A stretch of DNA of 64,000 nt from Tubulanus polymorphus (Eukaryota > Animalia > Nemertea): NCBI RefSeq assembly GCF_964204645.1, contig NC_134031.1, forward strand, positions 9,176,001 to 9,240,000. The letters are read 5' to 3'. The notes below the pieces were generated by a model. That model was not told where the DNA came from. It was given only the letters and a program-made list of their open reading frames with translations, and made no database searches. The first letter of the stretch is position 1. Each line of letters opens with the position of its first letter. Position numbers and translations under genes: made by a program. Of the stretch, positions 36,052 to 49,177 are shown in pieces.

Positions 36052-36372
36052 CAGGAGCGTTTTTGCTTAATGCGCATGCGTTAATCATAATTATATATTC
36101 ATTCTGTAAATTCTGTAAAATAGAAACGACCGACATAAAATATCAAAACGTGTTCGCATTAGGCAAAACTGCTCTTATAGGAACGTTTTTGCTTAATGCG
36201 CATGCGTTAATCATAATAATATATTCATTCTGTAAAATAGAAACAACTGAACATATAAAATTCAAACGCATGTGCACTAGGCAAAACCGCTCTTATAGGA
36301 GCGTTTTTGATCAATGCGCATGCGCTAATCCTAATTATATATTCATTCTGAATAGAAACGACTGAACATTAA
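36052..36372. repeat. ~125-bp tandem repeat (about 2.5 units), each with AATGCGCATGCG
   Basis: Units start GGAGCGTTTTTG or GGAACGTTTTTG at ~36055, ~36180 and ~36298. Confidence 0.85.
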
Positions 36373-37067
36373 AATTCACCAATCAGATTTACACAATACA
36401 TTATACAAGTTGTTCGGCCGTTTCTTCCAATACATCATTTGATTTCTATAAATACAATTTATAATTACAAACATTTTTTCAATTGCTGGTCAATATTTAA
36501 CTACATCAACAAATGTTAAACTTAATCATTGGAGTCTTAATGTTTTTGAAATTCTTATATAGTTTCTTCGTCGATCTTTTGGTGATTCTATTGGTTTGAT
36601 ATCCATTGCTGTTGATTCCTCAGTCAGAAAGAGTATCTTGAGTTTCTCTATCGCTTCTTGATGCGTATGACGTTTTATTAATCTAAAAGATATTAGCGGT
36701 AACTCTAGCTATCTAAAAGATATACTAAATACACTTAAATATATCTGAAGGTTTCATATTTAATAGCCCTAATAACTACAAAAAACAGTACTTACATTTA
36801 GATTTATAATTGTAAACTATAAACTCCTAATTTCGTTTCGAGAGATAGAATATCCTGAGCACAATGTTACAGCGCCTGTTCATTTCTTGCCACGTCATCT
36901 GGTTCCGGTTCTAGAGTGTTCTCTACACGTTTGCAATAATGATTCATATGTCTCGGCGTCATAGTAACAGCTGTGACAGCTGTGAATTTATAGATTTATT
37001 CAATCGTTCATTACATGAAATGTATATAGGCTCAAATAGAATCATGTTCTAGTATAAACAGCTATGC

Positions 37068-37435
37068 ATTATTTCAATCACACTTTACTAACACTTTTAA
37101 TGTTTAACTAACTCACACAAATATGAATATTGAAATAATGTTGTAAATATATACTTTTATATCTATTCTGTAAGAGCTCGTTAATTACTCGTTACTTATA
37201 TATGTTATTCATTTATATTTTATTCATATATATGAATATTTTAAGAGTAATAGGGATAATAGGCTTTCATATCAAAGGTTGAAGGGGCGAGTGAGTAAAA
37301 AAATGAAAATAATAATAATTTACAGTTGAATTAGGAGTGTGCGCGACTAATTCAACTGTAAATTATTGTTATTTCCATTTTTTTACGAGCTCGACCTTTC
37401 GACCTTTGGTATGAAAGCCTATTATCCCTATTACT
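37068..37435 (-). repeat. Right TIR of copy B with terminal hairpin
   Basis: Reverse complement of 14905-15270, followed by TSD GTTGAC. Confidence 0.95.
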
Positions 37436-38634
37436 GTTGACGCTCAGACTTGCAATATTGGGATTCGAAACCAAACGAAAAAAAAAATCCAGTTGAAGTC
37501 CGGTGATTTACCATGCTGTGCCACAGAACGTAACCGCAGGGTGGATGAAATTTGATTTACAAATAGCCTAGCCTCACCTAACCCAAACTCTATTCTTTCA
37601 CGCATGCGCGTACTCACGTACGGCGTTTTTAGGGAACTCACGAACGGTTAACCTGTGGATATCACCGTACAGTCACGTACGGGTAACAACTTCGTATATA
37701 CTTAAAATGGTATTGGCTACTAGGAACTCACGTACGGCGTTAGTAGGGAACTCACGTACAGTCACGTACGGGTAACAACTATGTACTTAAAATGCTATTG
37801 GGTCCTATATAATAGGCCTATATATAGACAAATAAATACCGGTAGGTAGGCTTTCTTGCCAGCTTAGCTTCCATACTTCACAACCGAACCAACTGACCAA
37901 CCAGTATATTTATTCCCAGTACGCACCAACCGGCACAAGCCTAACACTGTTTGTCAACTGTGTGTACCGTAGTAGGCTATCGATAATCACCTGATACTTT
38001 TCTGTCGTTTGTTTTCTCTCTGAGTCGAACGTAATTCCTAATTCTAGTAGCCCTCCGCGACTCAACGACCTTGATTTAAACTTGATCAATTCAAAAATCT
38101 GTTTATTGACGCTTTTGGTTACATGAACTGATCAGCAATATACTTAAATGAAATAACCGGAATAACAAGAAATCAAAAATATTAAAGAGGTAACAAACAA
38201 ATTCGCGTAAACCTGTCAGACACGCGAACGCCGGACTCGTAAACTCTTGGACTCGGACCCGCTGAGCAATAAATTCATAAAATTGACTTTGAAATTGATT
38301 GTGGAGAAGAGAGGGAATTATTCGATAGCTCTTCCTCGAAAAGAAGAGAGAAATTTCTGAAAGAAAACACAACATGGCTACTAATTGAACGGAGCCAAAT
38401 TTCCGATGTTTACGGCTCGACAGTGCCTTTATAACGTGGATTTATCAACATTCCCATGCAGTATCTGGAGATTGAAGTGGGCTGAAGGATATCATGCGGA
38501 TTGTATCGGCGACAGCGGTAAGGTAAGGAAGCCTTTACACTTTTAACAAAAACTGTGTGGAAAAGGGAAAAAAATAATAATAATCACGCGAATTTCAATA
38601 GGGTTTTCTGTGAAGAAACAGAAAACCCTAATAA

Positions 38635-39386
38635 ATGACGGAATTAAAAGAATACAGAATATTTGTTGATTCAAGAAGACTTACAAATTATAAATCACAT
38701 AATTTACTAGTACAATTAGATAGAGAATTCAAGAATTGTGTAGATTCAAAATTAGTAAATAAAAGTATTCTTTTTATAATATAACGAATAAAACTATTGA
38801 AGATAATACTTTTTTAATTCATATTAGAAATGTAAATAAATGGTTTCACCTAATTTTAAAACCAGATTTATATAATTTAGAAACATTAGCTCAAGAAATT
38901 AATAGAAGAGCACGGTTGAAAATTAGAAGTGTAGATAAATTTTTTATTAGATTTATAAAAAGTGATAGCACAAATAAAATTAAAATAAAGGTATATGATG
39001 AAAGTCAACATGCATTTATGGTAAAAAAACCTATAGCTAAACTGTTAAGAATTGTACCAGATACTGTTACAGGAAACGTAGATGGTATTTCAAATTTAAT
39101 GATTTTTACACACTTTTATATTTATTGCAATTTAATTGATCCTACAAAAACATTTGAAGCAACTAAAGATACAATTTGTAATTCTAGCATATTAAATATT
39201 TTACCATTAAAAAATATTAAACAATTTGGAACGCAAATAAATTATAATTTAGCTGAATGTGATTTTAAACCTTGTATTCCTAAATTTAATAATTTTAAAT
39301 TAGAAATAAGAAATCACAATGGATATTTAATTGATTTGAATAACTTTCCTGTAATTTATGAATTCGTTATAAGATGTAGAGAGTAA
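38635..39386 (+). pseudogene. Penton (copy D), frameshifted near 38760
   Basis: Homolog of 23993-24751. Confidence 0.8.
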
Positions 39387-39402
39387 TTTTTTCACTATAT
39401 AA

Positions 39403-39762
39403 ATGAATATAACTGTTGGACCGAGTATATGTTTTGGGTTTGATTTTAAACGTGAGAAAGAAATTAAATTTAACATTACTTATGTAATTATACATATTAA
39501 AAATATTGCATTTTCAAATGAAACAACATTTGAGTATGAAAAAACAATAGATAAAGAAACTTTAAATGTAGAAAAGATTACTAATTTAATTAGAGAATCT
39601 TTAAGATTTTATGAATTAGATGAAGATTTTATCATCGATGATATTAAAAAAATAATAATTGAAATATATACAAATGAAACTAGTAATGAAATAAATGTTG
39701 AATTAATCATCACTAAGATAACTAAATATTTTGAAGATGGTAATTTTTTGATAAATAAATGA
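39403..39762 (+). CDS. Hypothetical protein, 119 aa (copy D)
   Basis: Homolog of 24768-25124. Confidence 0.7.
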   Translation: MNITVGPSICFGFDFKREKEIKFNITYVIIHIKNIAFSNETTFEYEKTIDKETLNVEKITNLIRESLRFYELDEDFIIDDIKKIIIEIYTNETSNEINVELIITKITKYFEDGNFLINK

Positions 39763-40002
39763 GTGATAATAAGTGGATAATAACTGGATTATATAATGGA
39801 GCATTACTATCAGTTGGAACTGTTGGTTATTCAATGGTATTAAAAAAAGTATTTAAAATGGGAAGTGTTAATGTTGATAGATTTGATATAAATGATTTTA
39901 AAATTAACATTAGCAGTTACTTAATCTAATTTAACTATTGATTATTTGGAAAAACAAAAATATATTCCTCCCATATAAATGCGTAATTATTTTACTAAAT
40001 AA

Positions 40003-40431
40003 ATGGCTTCTGCAGTTGTAACTATTATAGGATCGGCAATTGTTAACGCTTTAGCATTTACTGGTGGCGGTTATTTATCTAAGCATATTGATAAAAATGG
40101 ATCATTAACAGAACAAAAAAGACATAACTTAGCATTAGAAAAATACAATAAAGCAGCAGAAGAATATAGAGAAAAGAGACAAAACTATATGGATTATATT
40201 AACAAAGAATTATATGATCAGAAGATTTCACATAGAGATTTTCAATCAGTTGATGATGCAATGAGTTTATATAACGCGGTAACCAAAAAAGAAAAATTAC
40301 ATCTATGCAAACCTAAATTATCAGATTATTATACCCCAAGTAAAGAACAACAAAAATATGAAATAATATGGATTTTAGGCGGAACAGTTATTGTTATATT
40401 TGTAGCGTATAGATTTACTAATTACATGTAG
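40003..40431 (+). CDS. Membrane protein, 142 aa (copy D)
   Basis: Homolog of 25371-25793. Confidence 0.75.
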   Translation: MASAVVTIIGSAIVNALAFTGGGYLSKHIDKNGSLTEQKRHNLALEKYNKAAEEYREKRQNYMDYINKELYDQKISHRDFQSVDDAMSLYNAVTKKEKLHLCKPKLSDYYTPSKEQQKYEIIWILGGTVIVIFVAYRFTNYM

Positions 40432-40447
40432 TAATTGTTTTAAATAA

Positions 40448-40873
40448 ATGGATGATAATATTGATATTATTCCTCATGATATAAATAAAACTAAATTAAA
40501 AATATATTTCGAAAAACAAATATTAGAATTTGAAAATGAATTAAAAGTTAAAAAGAAAAAATATTTAAAATCTAAAATTATATATTTTTTTATTATCAGT
40601 GGTTCGGTTAAAATTAGTTCTGTAATAACATTTCTAGCAATATTCAGTCCATTAACACCTTTAGCTATATCAATTGGTGTGTTAGGATTATCATCAAGTG
40701 TTTTAACTGGTATAAGTTCAAAATCAAATATAAAAAGTAATAAAGAAAAAATTAAAACTAATATAAAAGAAATTAATAAATTAAAGAATAGACTAGATTA
40801 TATAATAAGTTTAAATGGCCATATAACAGTTGAAGAACAAGATAAATTATTAAAAGAATTAATAAATTATTAA
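40448..40873 (+). CDS. Two-TM coiled-coil protein, 141 aa (copy D)
   Basis: Central hydrophobic hairpin flanked by Lys/Glu-rich helices. Confidence 0.7.
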   Translation: MDDNIDIIPHDINKTKLKIYFEKQILEFENELKVKKKKYLKSKIIYFFIISGSVKISSVITFLAIFSPLTPLAISIGVLGLSSSVLTGISSKSNIKSNKEKIKTNIKEINKLKNRLDYIISLNGHITVEEQDKLLKELINY

Positions 40874-40890
40874 TTTATTTTATTATATAA

Positions 40891-42239
40891 ATGGTAGATA
40901 GTTTTCCAAAAGCTTTCCAATATAATAAATCAATTAAATATAATATTCTTGCAATAGATTTTAATAAAGATATTACATATAGAAATGAAGTTTTAAATTC
41001 CTTAATTGATTTATATATTTATGTTACTGAAACTACTTATTTTAATGTTAAGATGGAAAATATATATCATGTGTATACAATTAATTTTAAACATTTAAAT
41101 GAGGCAAAACAATGGTTATTAAAATCTAATATGAAGTATTGGCAGAACCAATTAAATTTTGCTATTTATTGTGCAACAACAGGATGTGGAATTAGTTGGA
41201 ATGATCATTTAAACAAACCAAGTTTACCATTGATGTTATCACTTTTTAGATTTCATACATATTTTAAAATAAAATTAATATTAGATGAATTGGAATGTCC
41301 TTTACCAGGTTCAAAATATTTTAAAGAATTGAATAATAATATTAATTTTTCTAAGTTTTATAAAATATGTAATGAATTTAATATTTATTCAAATAAAGAT
41401 TTTAGAGCAAAAATTGGAACAATGGGTGGATTAGGAATATTATATACTAAAGAATTTGGAAAAATAATGACAAATTCAGATATAAGAACACTAAATTGGA
41501 ATGAATTACCAAAATATAATAATAATATACAACAAAATAATAATGGTTGGGTTTATTTCATTTTAGAAAATAGTGAAGGTTTCACTAAAGCTGGTATACA
41601 AAGAATAAATCAATCAATTAGAACTTATTTAATTTTTATTTTAGGTGCGCAAGTTGAAACAAGATCACCAATAATTGGAAATGATAACACTTCATTCGAT
41701 GCGCAGTAACAATTCAAAGTATTATTTGAAGATTCAATTCATAATGATAAAAATAGATTGATTCCAGAAAACATTGTAAGATATCAAAATTATTTAGATA
41801 AATCACATATTAGATTAAATTATTGTATAGGTCCTAATCTATTAATTATTTCTAATTATTTAGTATCAAAGATGGGAAACATAATTGGTAATAATAATTT
41901 AATTAAAACTGCAACAATAAATAATTCATTTGGATTAAATGATATAAATAAAAAGATTATCACTGCCCCAAAATTAATGGAAGGTGAAAAAAATAAAAAA
42001 CATTTAATCAACAGAAATTAAAACTAAGAATATTAAATTAAATTATGATTCTAAAATAAATGATTACAATACATCAGAAAATGGTGCCGTACGGCACCCA
42101 CACGGTGATATAAAAACTGATAATTATTCAACATGATATAATTAAAACTGATAATGATAATAAATCCCATGAAAATGCTAAATTAGCTTTAACTTGTATA
42201 GGAATTGTTATAGGAGGAATATAATATTTTAAATTTTAA
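40891..42239 (+). pseudogene. Conserved hypothetical protein (copy D), disrupted
   Basis: Homolog of 26266-27590; YWQNQLNFAIYCATTGCG. Confidence 0.75.
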
Positions 42240-42254
42240 TTTTTTATTATATAA

Positions 42255-43401
42255 ATGGAAGAAGATATTCCAATGGATACTTTTGATGAACCCGGTATAA
42301 GTGATGAACCACAACCTGATTTTAATGAAACTAATATTGATAATGATGATGGACCAGCATATAATACTAATTTAGGTGAAGATGATGATTATGATGATGA
42401 TTATGATGGAATTAATTCCGAAGTACGTGAAAAATTAAATAAATATTTAGAAGCTCCTGAAAGTGGTAGAATTTCAACTAGAACAGAAAGAAAAGAATTT
42501 ATGAAACTATTAGAAAAACAACAAGAAGAATATCCTGATAAACCCATGGAATAATATAGAATGAAATCTAGAGTAACAGATACAATTGTTAACGAATTAT
42601 TACCAAAAGTTGTAATAGATGAAATTGATTCAGAAGGTGTTGTAATGCAAATTTTAGAAGATGACCCATTTTTCATGAATAATTTAGAATTTAAAAATAA
42701 TTCATGGTATTATAATCTTGAATTAAAAAGGAATACTGTAACAATTCAATTATCTAGAACGGGACATGAAAATATGTTTGAACCTGGAATGCTAGCATTA
42801 TCTACAATTGAAGGTTCAAAAGGTGGTAGAGAATTTCTCAGAATTATATGGAATGCACTCGATAGAATAAATGAAGAAGAATCGATTCCTAATATTGATA
42901 TAAACAAATATTCACCATTTAAAAATCCAAATCCAAATCCTACTGATGTTGATCCAGAAATGGAAAAGTAAAAGTTGGTTGATAAAACCAAATTCTGAAA
43001 TATCATTGAAAGATAGAATAAAATTATTATTTAAATTAGAAGGTATAACAATTCTTTCAATTCTAACAGCTGTAACTATGTTATTTACAACAATTGGTTT
43101 AGCAATATCAAATGCTTTGAAATCTACTCCTACTCCCAATAAACCGGATAAACCCCCGAATGATAATAATTCTATACAAGATAAAGTTAAAGATGGTTTA
43201 AAGAAATTAGCAAAATATTTATGGGAACTATCTAAAAAATCTGCTGCAGCTTTACCAGGAATTATTGCATCAATTGTTGGTTTTCCATTGAAATCTGCAG
43301 GAAACATTATTAACTTTGCTGCTGAACATATTATTTTATTTTTAATTACAGTTGTAAGTGCAATTATTTTTGGGTTAGTAAACATGATAAAAAATAAATA
43401 A
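42255..43401 (+). pseudogene. Acidic/coiled-coil membrane protein (copy D), with a stop and a large deletion at ~42968
   Basis: Homolog of 27606-29302. Confidence 0.7.
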
Positions 43402-43421
43402 TTAATTTTTTTGTTAAATAA

Positions 43422-44667
43422 ATGAGTGGGAGTTATATCAATCCTTCTAAGAATCATAGAATATCTAATGCTATTAAAGCAGAAAGATCGCATCATATAA
43501 TTACTCATAACCCTTCAAATATTAATCCCGATGAAACTTTATATGTTAGAATTCCTCGATTAACACAAAATACTTTTTATGTTCCAAATAGTATTTATTT
43601 ATCAGCCGATATAAAAGTAACCGGTAATAATAATAATTATGTTGTTGATAATGTTGGAAGATATTTGATTAAAAAATTAACAATAAAGATTGGTCCGGAA
43701 ACAGTTTTCTCATTAGATGATTATAATTTATTTATGCATTATAAAGATTTATGGTTAACAAAAGAAAATAGTAATAATAAGATATTTCGAGGCATACAAT
43801 CAGAAAACAAGAATAAATTAAGATCAGAAACACAATGCAATATTAACTAATGCTATAGATAAATTGATAAAAAGTATATATGGAAGCAAATATAAAATTC
43901 CATTAGACTTTGAATTGATAAATAATAATGCGCCTTTATATAAATACGCAATTCAAGAAGATGTTATATTCGAAATAACATTTGCTCCTGTAAATGAAAT
44001 TGTGCTATCTAGCGTTAATAAAGATATGGGTTATAAATTATCGAATATATGCTTAGAATATGATACAGTAACTGATGAAAATATTGCTAACACAATTCAA
44101 ACTCAATACAATCAAGGATTTTCATTATTATATGATTATATTGATAAATTTAAAACTGTAACTATTAATGCAGGTGATGAAATTATTAATGAGAATATTA
44201 ACTTCCCAAGAAGATCTATTAAAGGTATCTTAATATTTTTTACCATTGCAACATATATTAATGGCGCAATAAATGTTGATAATTATTATAATCCTGAAAT
44301 AACAAAAGTAGAAATAACTATCGAAGGAATAGCAAATGAAATATTTTGTCAAGGAATGAGAATGATAGATCAATGGCCAGAAATTAGAAAACATTTTATG
44401 AATGAAAAAGTAAAAACATCTGAAAATTGTAATATTAATCAAATTGATTATTATACCGGTAATAAATATGCATTATGGTTAGATTTTAGAACAACAGAGG
44501 ATAATTCATTACATGGTTCTGGAAAAAAATTACAAAACACTAAAGATGGAATACAATTATTCATGACAAAGAATAAAGGAAGCTTAAATTTCAAAATGCA
44601 CATTTATATTATATCTGACGCGCAATTAAATATTGTAAATTCTCAATTAAATAGTGTTATGTATTAG
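43422..44667 (+). pseudogene. Major capsid protein (copy D), frameshifted near 43830
   Basis: Homolog of 29323-30569. Confidence 0.8.
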
Positions 44668-44699
44668 AATATTAACTTTAATAAAAAATCTTATATTAA

Positions 44700-45838
44700 A
44701 TGGAAGGTGGAATATAGATATATGGAGATTACTTCATTCAATTCAAATATAGAATAAGTAAAATAGATAAGAATATTGAAACTAAAATAGAAAATTATAT
44801 TGAAACTAAAATAGAAGATAAGAATGATATTGAATATAAAATAGAAGATGATATTGAATATAAAATAGAAGATGGTAATAATATTGAAACTAAAATAGAA
44901 GATGTAACAGCATCTACATCTTATAATATACCCTCTACATATGATATTGAATCAAAAAAAGATTATTATAATCCAAAATATTGTGATGTATGTAAGAAAT
45001 ATATATCATATAAAAATTGGGCATTACAGAAAAGAAATCAAAGAAACATATAGAAAAAGAAAAGAATAATAATGATAATAATATATCAGTTAGTAATATA
45101 AAAGATAATGTTAATACAATTGAAACAAGTGATACCGTAGATAATATAACAGATAATGTAATAAATAATGTTAACCCAATTGAAACTAATGATAATGATA
45201 TAACAGATAATGAAATAATTGATGATTCTAAAAAACATTGTTACATTTGTAATTTAGATATTTCTAAAAGTAATTTTTCTAAACATAAAAAATCTCAAGC
45301 GCATGTGGAAAATGAAAGGGAGTTAGAAGAACATGAACAGAAATTAGAAGAAATAGAAAGAAATAAAACGTGTCAATATTGTAATAAGAAAATTGAACCT
45401 GTATATGAAAATACTCATTATAAATCAAAATTACATCTAATTAATGTTTATAAAATGGTGAGTATGATACCATTGTTAAATAACCCAAAGAAATATATCA
45501 AATATTTTAATCCTAAAACTAACCAATATTATATATTCTATAAGTTGTTATTTGATAAATTATTAGCTTATGCAGAAGATAATCCTGAACAAATGTATAA
45601 ATTATTATATTTTAGAAAAATAGATTTAAGTTATCTGATAAATAATTTTAGAAATCATTTTGATTTTGATTATGATTATTTTGATGAATACTTAGAAAAA
45701 TTAAGAGAAAAAGCTAATATACCTACTAATTATCATTCAAAGATGGCTCGACTAAAATTACTAAATATACCTAATACTTTAGATGAATTAGATATAAAAA
45801 GAGATGATTTTATAAATGTATTAGAAACAAAATTATAA
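44700..45838 (+). pseudogene. Zinc-finger protein (copy D), frameshifted, with a different N-terminal repeat
   Basis: C-terminus matches 30602-31795; N-terminus has ATTGAAACTAAAATAGAA-type repeats. Confidence 0.75.
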
Positions 45839-45843
45839 TAATT

Positions 45844-46219
45844 ATTATAAAACTAATTTATATATCTATGTACTAGACGTACGTAAGAATCTTGGTAAGA
45901 ATCTTGGTAAGAATCCAAGAAATCTCACTTTCTTACTACTACGTCTAGTACATAGATATATATAATAGTTTTCATAAAAATTAAAAACATAAAATTATTA
46001 ATCTAAGTATAGAAATAGTTATAATATAATCTATTTTTATTTTTAATAAGAGAAAACATATAATTTATTCATTTTTATATAATTCATTTAATAATTTATA
46101 TATCTATGTACTAGACGTACGTAAGAATCTAAGAATTCTTACTTTCTTACTTTCTTAGCAAGAATCTTGGATTCTTACGTACGTCTAGTACATAGATATA
46201 TAAATTAGTTTCTATAATA
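45844..46219. repeat. Two tandem long hairpins (copy D)
   Basis: Same TACTAGACGTACG..CGTACGTCTAGTA stems as 31801-32191, with different loops. Confidence 0.9.
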
Positions 46220-46221
46220 TT

Positions 46222-46290
46222 TAGGGTTTTCTGTTACATCACAGAAAACCCTATTGAGATTCGCATGTTTCTTCTTATTATTATTATTAT
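46222..46290 (+). mobile_element. Truncated 5' end of a HINE-like repeat at the D/C junction
   Basis: TAGGGTTTTCTGTTACATCACAGAAAACCCTATTGAGATTCGC plus (TTA)n, same as at 61976. Confidence 0.7.
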
Positions 46291-48421
46291 TAAAAAATAT
46301 TAATATACCTTTAATAGATCTTCTTGGGAAGTTAATATTCTCATTAATAATTTCATCATTTGCATTAATAGTTACGGTTTATAATTTATACGGTTTTAAA
46401 TTTATCAATATAATCATATAATAATGAAAATCCTTGATTGTATTTAGTTTGAATTATACTTGAAATATTTCCATCAGTTACTGTATCATATTCTAAACAT
46501 ATATTCGATAATTTATAACTCATATCTTTATTAACGCTAGATATTACAATTTCATTAACAGGAGCAAATGTTATTTCGAATATAACGTCTTCTTGAATTG
46601 CGTATTTATATAAAGGTGCATTGTTATTTATCAATTCAAAGTCTAATGGAATTTTATATTTGATTCCATATATACTTTTATCAATTATCTACAGCATTAG
46701 TTAATATTGCGCTATTAGCTTCTGATCTTAATTTATTTTGGTTTTCTGATTGGATGCCTTGAAATATCATATTATTTCTATTTTCTTTAGTTAACCATAA
46801 ATCTCTCATTTATATTATATCCAGATCTTTTAAATACACGTTGAAAATCATACATAAATTCATAATTTTCAAAATTTTCTCTTTCTAAACCTGGAATTAA
46901 ATTTTCAGGAGGTATTCTCGATCTAGTTCTTCTATCAAATTCATCTGTTGATGGGGCTTTAGAACCACTATCTGCTAAATTAGAATTATATGCTGATTCA
47001 TTACCATCATCAATATTAGTTTCTGCATCATTATAATCATCATCAATATATCCTTCATTATTATTTCCCATTTCTCCCATTTCATAATCTTCTCCACCTT
47101 CTGCCATTTACATAATAAAAAATTAAAATTTAAAATATAATATTCCTCCGATTACAATTCCTATACAAGTTAAAGCTAATTTAGCATTTTCATGGGATTT
47201 ATTATCATCATTTAGTTTAATTATATCATGTTGAATATTATCAGTTCTAATATTTTCTGATGTATTGTAATCTTTTATTTTAGAATCATTATTTAATTTA
47301 ATATTATTAGTTTTAGTTTCAGTTGATTGAATGTGTTTTTTATTTTTTTCACCTTCCATTAATTTTGGAGCGGTAATAATCTTTTTATTTATATCATTTA
47401 ATCCAAATGAATTATTTATTGTTGCAGTTTTAATTAGATTATTATAACCAATTATATTTCCCATCTTTAATACTAAATCATTAGACATAATAAATAGATT
47501 AGGGCCTATACAATAACAGTTCCGCCTAAAATCCATATTATTTCATATTTCTGTTGTTCTTTACTCGGGGTATAATAATCTGATAATTTAGGTTTGTATA
47601 GATGTAATTTTTCTTTATTGGTTACCGCGTTATATAAACTCATTGCATCATCAACTGATTGAAAATCTCTATGTGAAATCTTCTGATCATATAATTCCTT
47701 GTTAATATAATCCATATAGTTTTGCCTCTTTTCTCTATATTCTTCTGCTGCTTTATTATATTTCTCTAATGCTAAGTTATGTCTTTTTTGTTCTGTTAAT
47801 GAACCATTTCTATCAATATGCTTGAATAAATAACCACCACCAGTAAATGCTTAAGCGTTAACAATTGCCGATCCTATAGTAGTTATAATTGCAGAAGCCA
47901 TTTATTTAGCAAAATAATTACGCATTTATATGGGAGGAATATATTTTTGTTTTTCCAAATAATCAATAGTTAAATTAGATAAAGTAACTGCTAACGTTAA
48001 TTTTAAAATATCATTTATATCAAATCTATCAACATTAACACTTCCCATTTTAAATACTTTTTCTATCTTATCTTCAAAATATTTAGTTAACTTATTTATG
48101 ATTAATTCAACATTTATTTCATTACTAGTTTCATTTGTATATATTTCAATTATTATGTTTTTAATATCATCGATGATAAAATCTTCATCTTATTCATAAA
48201 ATCTTAAAGATTCTCTAATTAAATTAGTAATCTTTTCTACATTAAAAGTTTCTTTATCTATTGTTGTTTCATACTCAAATGTTGTTTCATTAGAAAATGC
48301 AATATTTTTAATATGTGTAATTACATCATTAACGTTAAATTTCATTTCTTTCTCATGTTTAAAATCAAACCCGAAACATATACTCGGCCCAACAGTTATA
48401 TTCATTTATATAGTGAAAAAA

Positions 48422-49177
48422 TTACTCTTTACATCTTATAACTAATTCATATATCACAGGAAAGTTATTCAAATCAATTAAATAACCATTATGATTTCTT
48501 ATTTCTAATTTAAAATTATTGAAATGTGGAATACAAGGTTTGAAATCACATTCAGTTAAATTATAATTTATTTGAGTTCCAAATTGTTTAACATTTTTTA
48601 GCGGTAAAATATTTAGTATACTAAAACTACAAATTGTTTCTTTAGTTGCTTCGAAAGTTTTTGTAGGCTCGATTAAATTGCAATAAATATAAAAGTGTGT
48701 AAAAGGTATTATACTTGAGCTGCCTTCTGCGTTTCCAGTAACTGTAAGCGGTTTAATTCCTAACATTTTAGCCAGTGGTTTGTTTACAATAAATTTATGT
48801 TGTTCATTAGATATCTTTATTCTAATTTTATTAGTACTTTCAATTTTATTAAATTTAATTTCAAATACAGAAGTGCCCCCGATTTTCAACCGAGCTCTTC
48901 TATTAATTTCCTGTGCCAATGATTCTAAATTATATAATCCTGGTTTTAAAAATATATGAAACCATTTATCTTTATTTCTCATATAAATCATAAACCCTCT
49001 ATGTTCAAAAGTTTTATCCGATATATTATAAAAATAATTACATAAACTTATATTAACTAATTTTAAATCTACACAATTCTTGAATTCTCTATCTAATTGA
49101 ACTAGTAAATTATGAGATTTATAATTTGTAAGTTTTCTTGAATCAACAAATATTCTGTATTCTTTTAATTCTACCAT
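48422..49177 (-). CDS. Penton (copy C), 251 aa
   Basis: Intact homolog of 23993-24751 with a divergent middle. Confidence 0.8.
   Translation of the reverse strand: MVELKEYRIFVDSRKLTNYKSHNLLVQLDREFKNCVDLKLVNISLCNYFYNISDKTFEHRGFMIYMRNKDKWFHIFLKPGLYNLESLAQEINRRARLKIGGTSVFEIKFNKIESTNKIRIKISNEQHKFIVNKPLAKMLGIKPLTVTGNAEGSSSIIPFTHFYIYCNLIEPTKTFEATKETICSFSILNILPLKNVKQFGTQINYNLTECDFKPCIPHFNNFKLEIRNHNGYLIDLNNFPVIYELVIRCKE

Larger units (their letters stand above)
14905..37435 (+). mobile_element. Polinton/Maverick (adintovirus-like) copy B with both ends
   Basis: Termini AGTAATAGGG..CCCTATTACT; TSD GTTGAC at 14899-14904 and 37436-37441; contains pPolB, MCP, penton, ATPase and integrase. Confidence 0.96.
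12663..38630 (-). mobile_element. Helentron/HINE-like insertion (possibly composite) splitting Polinton A/D and containing Polinton B
   Basis: Removing it restores ATATGTAAA|ATAAATG as in copy C, with no TSD at a T-rich site. The minus-strand start has hairpin TAGGGTTTTCTG..CAGAAAACCCTA plus (TTA)n; the end reads CATCGCTCCTTTGCAGCTATATC. Confidence 0.65.
38631..46221 (+). mobile_element. Polinton piece D (continuation of copy A): penton to zinc-finger gene and hairpins
   Basis: Collinear with B 23990-32190; begins exactly where A stops. Confidence 0.92.

Noticed and set aside
14905-37435. Flip/flop isomers of the terminal hairpin
   Set aside because: Left and right hairpins of B are plain reverse complements; no inverted-loop isomer is seen in this window.
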